Origin: Takakia lepidozioides
Lineage: Eukaryota; Plantae; Bryophyta
Length of the DNA stretch: 14,000 nucleotides
Direction of reading: 5' to 3'
Assembly: GCA_030704615.1 (NCBI GenBank)
Contig: JAKLZA010000329.1
Span: forward strand, 1-14,000
The position numbers were made by a program, and so were the translations under genes. Shown piece after piece: positions 1 to 8,100 of the stretch (its first letter is position 1; every line of letters begins with the position of its first letter). The notes under the pieces are model-generated. The model was not told where the DNA came from and did no database searches. It worked only from the letters and a program-made list of their open reading frames with translations.

Positions 1-402
1 GCACTTGGATCACAGGTCAATGAAGGTGTCAGCTCAGGGGGATCAGGCGGGCTGCCTGGATCTGGCTCTGGGGGGACAGGAGTGTGGGAGTAGTAGTGCA
101 ACTGAAGCTGGGAATACTGTGAATATCGTGGGCCGGAAGCAGGAGTGCTCAAGGGCCACAACTTGTGGAAGATCCAACAAAAAACAACAGGTCCAGAAGG
201 ACCGCACCAGCAAGGGTGCCAGAGCACTGTCAGTGGCAGAGCAGAAGTAGGGCCACAGATGGCGTTACAAACCCAACCGGGCAAAAACCACCCTTTCCAA
301 TATATTCAGGAAAAGGGGATCCCGATGTACACAAGCCAAATTTGAGCACATGGGTTATAGTGACCAATGAGAATGGCGATGATGCCAAGATGAGATTGTT
401 TC
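1..402 (+). pseudogene. Degraded fragment of gag from the same element family (matches 2707..3106)
   Basis: Colinear with 2707..3106, with several C>T/G>A changes and many 1-nt indels; ends ...ATGAGATTGTTTC exactly at the LTR TG. Confidence 0.93.
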
Positions 403-1523
403 TGTTAGAGGACTGTAGGGGACTTAGACACTTATACGGGATCTGTAGGGTACCCTTAATTTTTGCACAGACTGAGACAAACAGGAACCTTAGGGGTGAC
501 AGCAGAGCACTGTAGAAGGGGGTTACACAACCCACACAGCCCACACAGCCGTCATAGCCGTCACAGCCCACACAGCCGACACAGCCCACACAGCCCACAC
601 AGCCCACACAGCCGTCACAGCCCACACAGCCCACACAGCCGTCACAGCCAACACAGCCCGTCACAGCCGTCACAGCCACGACACAGCCCACACAGCCCGA
701 CACAGCCGTCACAGCCCACACAGCCCACACAGCCGTCACAGCCAACACAGCCCGTCACAGCCGTCACAGCCCACACAGCCCGTCACAGTCGTCACAGCCC
801 ACACAGCCCACACAGCCCGTCACAGTCGTCACAGCAGACACAGCCCACACAGCCAGTCACAGCCCGGCATAGCCACACAGCCAGTCACAGCCCGACACAG
901 CCAAACACAGCCAGTCACCGCTTGACACAGCTGTCACGATAATAGGGAACGAAGAGTAGGACAGGGAACGACTGTGGGGAACAACACCAGAGAAGGGAAC
1001 ATGTTAGTTCACATACGACGGTTAGAGAGGGAAACGGTTAGAACCGCGGATAGGAGGATAAAGGGAAGAACGGGGATTATGATGAGATCATTATTCGGGG
1101 AGGACTTGGGAGTCAGGCGGAAGCGGAGATCGGAGAGCACGATGAAGGAGGATTAGTAGATGCTTGTTAGATGCAAAGCCGTAGGGATATTGTAGAGGAG
1201 AATAGAGATACAATGGCTTCGGCCTGATACCTGATAAATCATAATCTGATATTTATACGATACAATCACACTGTGTAGAGAGATCTGAGTGAAGCTGTGG
1301 ATTGAATGGAGGAGTGAAGGAAACTAATACGTAATTATCAATGGTAAGGTAGCTAAGATGAATGCGAAAAGGGAAACAAATAGGAAACACCCCCATGATA
1401 CACTAGCTGTAGGTCATGACTGATTGTTCTGCGCGGGCTGAGTACTTAGAGATTTCCAACTCTTCTATCTTGGAGTTTCCGCCTCGGATAGCGAAGGGAT
1501 GGGTGAGTAAAAGCCGCGCGACA
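403..1523 (+). repeat. 5' LTR (1121 bp)
   Basis: Begins TGTTAGAGGACTG, ends GCCGCGCGACA; appears identical by eye to 12917..13965 outside the internal minisatellite. Confidence 0.96.
525..937. repeat. LTR minisatellite, 9-10 nt units (CACAGCCCA / CACAGCCGT / CACAGCCCGT / CACAGCCAGT)
   Basis: Directly visible tandem array of about 413 bp. Confidence 0.95.
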
Positions 1524-2111
1524 TTTGGCGACCATACTGGGGAACTGGGACATGAACAACCAGATGTGACAGGCATCTGGTGGGATCATGGTGGTTGGAC
1601 CATTAAAGAATTTGAAGTGAATCAAATTCCCTGTGAAACGAAGGAAGAAAGATTGTCCAAACAGTTCTTTCAAAGGTTCTTGGAATTGCCAGACGGATGT
1701 AAAGAAAATATTCTTAAACGAGTGCATGATGCTGATCCAGAATGGGGTCTGGAGAAAGGAGTGATAAAGATTTATCAGGTAGCCTGTAGAGGAAGAGCAC
1801 GTTGGTTACCAACATTGGTTTATGTGATAGCATTGCTATCCATTAAACGAGTAGAGTTTGAAGGCTGGGAAGAAAGAAAGGTGAATGTTTATACTCATAT
1901 GCATGAAGAGCTTGTACTGGTAAAGAATTGGATTCCAAAGGATATTTTGTGGATCAAACTCACACCAAGAACAGCTTTTCAGACTTGTTTGCCATATGGT
2001 TATATGGTAACGGAGACTTCAAGTATAGCCAAGGGTGCATTGAAGCTTGAAAGAAATCCAGGCATATACGAGAGATATTACAGAAGAGAGTTTTGGTTAT
2101 TGCCACATTAA
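1416..2111 (+). CDS. Extra 5' ORF (ORF0), 231 aa, unknown function, F-box-like motif
   Basis: Open frame from an ATG within the LTR, across the PBS, to TAA 22 nt before the gag ATG; globular-looking aromatic-rich composition; FLELPDGCKENILKRV...IYQVACRGRARW at 1677..1805. True start uncertain. Confidence 0.6.
   Translation: MTDCSARAEYLEISNSSILEFPPRIAKGWVSKSRATFGDHTGELGHEQPDVTGIWWDHGGWTIKEFEVNQIPCETKEERLSKQFFQRFLELPDGCKENILKRVHDADPEWGLEKGVIKIYQVACRGRARWLPTLVYVIALLSIKRVEFEGWEERKVNVYTHMHEELVLVKNWIPKDILWIKLTPRTAFQTCLPYGYMVTETSSIAKGALKLERNPGIYERYYRREFWLLPH
1526..1543 (+). promoter_or_regulatory. Primer binding site, tRNA-Arg-like
   Basis: TGGCGACCATACTGGGGA begins 2 nt after the LTR end; TGG complements tRNA CCA; resembles the TGGCGACTCC(A/G)CTGGGGA tRNA-Arg PBS of Tat/Ogre-type elements. 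tRNA identity is inferred. Confidence 0.85.
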
Positions 2112-2133
2112 AAAGAAATGAAAGACATGGGAC

Positions 2134-5100
2134 ATGAGTGATGAAAGAGAAGCTAGACGACAAAGATATTCATTAAAAAGGGAAAGCTATCTGAAAGCTA
2201 ATTATCCATATCTTTGGGAGAGAGGAATAGACATAGGGGAATCATCTGGACCTCTCACACCATCAAGATCAAAAAGTGCATCACCTATACCGGAAGAACT
2301 AGAGTTGGATGCCACTCCTTCTGTTTCTTTGCAAGAAAGATTAAGGGAATTGGTACAGGAAGAAGATCAATCAAGAGGTGAAAGATCTGAGGTACATCCT
2401 TGGATAAAAGATTTGACAGAAATCTTTGATAAAAGTTGGCATGGAACACCAAAAGCAGGAACTCCAGTTTCTGAAGCAGAAGATGAAGAAGGAGATGAGG
2501 ATGTGGCAGAGCCAACGGAGAGTTCAGACTCTCCAACACCATTACAGTTGAGTTACATGAGTGAAGAAGAAACCCAAGGGCAGAACTTGAATGATGAAAA
2601 CAGAGAGAAGAAATTGGAAGAGGAAGAATATGAAGAAGTAGACCCAACAGCTGAGGTTGAGACTACAACCAGGACATCCCAACCCGTTGGACCTGGATCA
2701 AGTGGAGCACTTGGATCACAGGCCAACGAAGGTGTCGGCTCAGGGGGATCAGGCGGGCTGCCTGGATCTGGCTCTGGGGGGACAGGGAGTGTGGGAAGTA
2801 GTGCAACTGAAGCTGGGAATACTGTGAATATCGTGGGGCCAGAAGCAGGGAGTGCTCAAGGGCCACCACTTGGTGGAAGATCCACCACAAAAACAACAGG
2901 TCCAGAAGGACCAGCACCAGCAAGGGTGCCAGCACCTGTCAGTGGGCAGAAGGTAGGGCCACAGATGGCGTTACAACCAACACGGGCAAAACCACCCTTT
3001 CCAATATATTCAGGAAAAGGGGATCCCGATGTACACATTAGCCAATTTGAGCACATGTGTATAGTGAACAATGAGAATGGCGATGATGCCAAGATGAGAC
3101 TGTTTCCTTGTTCACTTATCAAGAAAGCAAGTGAATGGTATGCAAGATTCCCTGATAATCATTTCCTAACCTGGAATGGCTTGAATACAGCATTTCGAAA
3201 TAGGTTCAGGACAAGTAAAACTGAGGATGAAGTGTATGGAAGTTTACAACAGCTGAAGCAGAAGAAGCATGAAACTGTTGAAGAGTATATGGAGAAGATG
3301 GAATTGATGATGAAAAAGCTGGCTGCAGTACCAGCACCCGGTTTACAGAAGACTTGGTTTGTGAGTGGACTAAGACCAGAGTTGCAGAAGAAAGTGGATA
3401 TGTTACCCCATAATACAGTGGAGGAGGCATTTGAAACTGCGAACAGAATTGAGCAATTGGGAATGCTCAGGAGAGAGAAAAAGGAAGATGAGGACTCTGA
3501 AGATGAGTCAGATGAAGAAGAAGAGCAAGAACTAAAAAGAAAGAGTAAGAGAAAGGAAAAGTTGAAGAGGGATAACTATGAGAAAAGATTGGAAGAAATC
3601 TTGAAGAAGTATGCCACAGAGGCTGCAACACATTGGAGGAAGGGTGTATGGTGTGCAAAGTGCCAGAATGAAGGCCATACCACTACAGAATGCCACATGA
3701 AGGAGAAACACTGTACTATCTGTAAAATGGATAACCATTCTACTGAGAATTGTTACTACAACAGAAGGACAGCTGCCAGAGAACCTAGGCAAGTGAGGGT
3801 GCATCAGGTGCAACCCCAGCCAAGAAGAAGCAATGATCAGGACCACTATGGTAGGTCTGGTGGTTATAACAATGGCATGGAAGGAAGAGGTAATTCAAGA
3901 GGGAATTACCAAGGAAATTCCAGAGGCAACTATCAGGGTAATCCGAGGGGGAATTACCAGCCCGGGAATCAGGATTATAGAAATAATCCAAGACCAGACC
4001 AAGGGCGAGGACCCAATGGTGAAGAGCTATGTTACTATTGTAATCAGCCAGGACATCGCAAGGCAGCCTGTTCATTCTGGATAAGACACCAGAATGAGAT
4101 GAGAGCTCCTGTGAATGAGGGCCCAGTGGTGGCAGCTCACATGGTTAGGCCATGTGTTGTACCAGAAGTAAGTACAATGATAGTAACAAGAAGTAAAGCT
4201 AAACTAATACCTCCAGTAGAAGAGGAAGAAGATGAGACTGGAAGTGGCAATGATATGCCTGAAGATGAAGAGACTTGGAAGGATGAGAAGGAACTGCACA
4301 AGGAAGTGGCAGATACTATAAGGGAAATGCAAAAGAGTACTGATATTCCTGTGGCAGATTCCTCTGATTCGGATGGAGAAAAAGAGGAGAGTGAGGAAGA
4401 AAGGAGAAAAGAAGATGCAGACATGCAAAGTAATGAAGAGACTTTGGCTGAAGTAATATGTCAGACCAAAGCAGAAATTACCATTGGACAGCTATTAGCT
4501 GTGGCACCTTATTGTAGGCACAGGCTGTATCAGGCAATCAATCGAATTGCCCAAGAAACAGGAAACACAGACCTGAACAGCAAGGTGACCAGTTATAATG
4601 TGAAGCCGGAAGGGCGAGAACCAGTCATGGACTTTGATGATTCTATGCCAGTAATCCAATTGAGAATTGGAAGCACAGAACTAACTGATGTACTGATAGA
4701 TGGTGGTTCTGGAGTAAATATCATGACAGACCAATTAAGGAAGAAGCTTGGTCTAAGTAACATGAAACCAGCCCCATTTACAGTAACAATGGCAGATCAA
4801 AGAAGTGTACAGCCATTGGGATTAATAAGAGGAGTTAAGATACAGATACAGAAAATGATCTTTCTGATCACAGTAACTGTATTAAAAATGGATGAAGTCA
4901 TGGAGGCTTATTCCTTATTATTGGGACGTCCGTGGCTGAAACAGGCCAGGGTATTCCATGACTGGAATTCTCAGTTACTAACTGTGCATAATGGGATGCA
5001 CGAGATACAAATTACCACAAAGAAATCTAGTAGATTACCTGCTACAAGAAGACCTCGAGGAGTCAGAGAGTATGACTGGAGGGGAGGACTGGATGAGGAG

Positions 5101-8100
5101 CAGGAAGCTACCCTATTTGCTGCACACCCAGAGTGGGAGCAAGTTGCAGAGATGCGGCTGGAAAGCCTAAGTTGTTTGAGAGGTATCTGCTGTGGTGTAG
5201 TGACAGCAACACCAACGGAAGAAGAAACCAGCATTTACCCATCACATTTCTATGAAGAAAGAGAAGGAGAAATAGAAATCCTAGAAGAACCAGCCACTGT
5301 GAGCTTACAGGATGAAGTGGTGACTGGTTGGACAATCACAGCTGATGAGCAGGTGAGAGAAGTAAATGTGGGAACTCCGGAGGAACCAAGGATGGTGAAA
5401 GTAGGAGCTGATTTGGAGCCGGAATTCTTCGAAGAAGCTAAAAGCTTGTTCATCAAATACAGAGATGTATTTGCTTGGAGCTATGAGGATCTAAAAGGGA
5501 TACCACCTGAAGTCTGTCAGCATAAAATTGAACTGGAACCAGGGTCAGTACCAATCAAGCAGGCGAGGTATAGAATGAATCCCAACTACGCACAGAAGGT
5601 TGGAGAAGAGATAAAGAAGTTGGCTGAGGCTAAGTTTATATACCCAATAGAGTATACAACTTGGTTGTCACCCATTGTTATAGTTCCCAAGAAGAATGGC
5701 AAACTAAGAGTATGTGTGAACTATAAGAAGCTGAATGCTTGTACGAAGAAAGATCCTTTCCCTTTGCCATTCACAGAAGCAGTATTAGACACTGTGGCAG
5801 GCCATGAGATGTACTCATTCATGGATGGCTTCAGTGGTTATAATCAAGTGCAAGTGGCAGAAGAAGACCAAGGGAAAACAGCTTTCATCACAGACTGGGG
5901 GGCTTATGCATACAAAGTCATGCCCTTTGGACTTTGTAATGCACCAGCGACCTTTCAGAGAGTGATAAGTGAATCTTTTCAAGAGTATCTGGATGATTTC
6001 ATGCAGGTGTTTTTGGATGATTTCAGTGTGTACAGCTCTAAGAATGAGCACTTGCATAAATTGGAGTTATGCCTGGCCAGATGCAGGATGAGAGGTCTGG
6101 GCTTGAATCCAGAGAAGTGTACTTTCTGTGTGAACTCAGGGGTGCTTCTGGGACACATAGTGTGTAAGAAGGGACTTCTTGTGGATCCCAGGAAGACAGA
6201 GTCCATTAAAGTCTCTCCACCACCAGTGAATGTTAAGAGTTTAAGGAGATTCCTTGGGCAAACCAGTTATTACAGAAGATTTGTCAAAAGGTATGCACAA
6301 ATAGCAGCACCATTGAGCAAGCTTCTGAAGAAAGATGCAGTGTTTGCATGGACAGCTGAATGTCAACAGGCGTTTGAGGAACTTACACTGTCAGTAACAA
6401 CTACACCTGTGCTGATTAACCCTCACTGGCATGTAGTATTTCATGTTCACTGCGATGCATCAGGAGAAGCATTGGGAGCGGTGTTAGCCCAGAATGTTAC
6501 AGGGAATATAGATTCACCTGTGTACTATGCTAGCCGGTTGATGAACAGTGCTGAGAGGAACTATAGCACAACGGAAAGAGAAGCATTGGCAATGATCTAT
6601 GCAGTGAAGAAATTCAGGCATTACCTATTGGGAAGAAAGTTTATGTTTTATGTGGATCACCAGGCTCTGATATATCTGGTGAACAAACCTTTGATAAGTG
6701 GAAGGATAGCGAGGTGGTTAATAATCTTGCATGAGTTTGAGTTCGAGGTTATTTACAAGCCTGGCCGTTTGCATCTTGTGGCAGATCATTTGTCACGACT
6801 AACAACAGGAGAGGCCGCCACAGGAGTGGACGATCAGTTACCTGATGCGAGTTTATTTGTAATGGAGGTGCAAGGAAGTGCAGATGAATGGTTAGATTGG
6901 CAATGGCCAATCAGATACTACCTTGCTCATGGTCAGTGCCCACCTAGTTATGGTAAGGAGCAAAGGAAAAGAATTGCTATCAGAGCTTTACCTTATACTA
7001 TGGTAGGAAGCAGAATGTATAAGTTAGGACCTGATGGAGTACTAAAACGATGCTTGTACCACCATGAAGTAAATAAAGTCTTGGAGGAAGTTCATAAAGG
7101 AGTGGCTGGAGGTCATTTTGGAGAAGAGACTACCAGTAGAAAGATACTACTCGCAGGATACTGGTGGCCTACGTTGTTCAAAGATGTACATGAGTATTGT
7201 CAGAAGTGTGATGAATGTCAGAGGCTAGGACCTTTGCAGAGATCTGGAAGAATGGCCTTGCATCCTACAATGCCTACGGAACCATTTCAGAAATGGGGAC
7301 TAGACTTTGTTGGACCAATTAATCCACCATCCAAGAATACACGAAACAGGTACATAATTACAGCCACTGATTATACTACAAAGTGGGTGGAAGCTAAAGC
7401 TTTGAGGGACAACACAGCCAAGTCCACAGCAAGGTTCCTGTACGAGAACATACTTACACGATTTGGATGTCCCTTAGAATTTATCAGTGATCAAGGAAGT
7501 CACTTCATGAATGAGACCATTGAGTTATTGACTAAAGAGTTTATGATTGTGCATAGAAAGAGTACAACATATTACCCACAGGGTAATGGACAGGCAGAGG
7601 CTACCAACAAAATACTATGTACTATCTTGGCTAAGATAGTCAATGCAAACAGAACGGATTGGGATACAAAGCTGCTGACAGCTTTGTGGTCATACAGGAC
7701 TTCATATAAAGTCACCACTAAGTATACACCATTCCAATTAGTTTATGGTATGGAAGCCTTACTTCCAGTGGAATTCCTGTTACCTACCATGAGAACAGAG
7801 TGGGGAAAAAGAATGGAATTGCAAGACTCCATCAAGGTCAGGAAACATGAATTATACCATGTGGAAGAAGTACGTGCTGATGCAGCTGATAATATGACCA
7901 GAATTCAGATGAAGCGAAAGGAACAGTTTGATAAAGGCAAATTAAAGACTTTTAAGACGGGGGATTTGGTTTTATGGTTGCAGAAGAAAGGAAAGATTCA
8001 AGCTTCTAAGCTTAAATCACCATGGAAAGGACCTTATGTCATACAAAAGATGTATGATAACAACACAGCCATGTTACAAACCATTAACAAGGAAATGCTG

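Noticed and set aside
5-515. Short ORFs 5..250, 145..345, 165..515
   Set aside because: Frameshifted pieces of the degraded gag copy, one running into the LTR.
230-942. ORFs 230..748(-), 463..942(+) and their 3' LTR equivalents (HSP/VGC repeats)
   Set aside because: By-products of a stop-free minisatellite; frames differ between the two LTR copies.
974-1156. 60-aa ORF in both LTRs (also 13416..13598)
   Set aside because: GTG start, purine-rich low-T sequence, no recognisable motif.
403-1523. Hammerhead ribozyme (retrozyme-type) in the LTR
   Set aside because: No CUGANGA...GAAA core with stems found on either strand by eye; only CTGATA/CTGATT.
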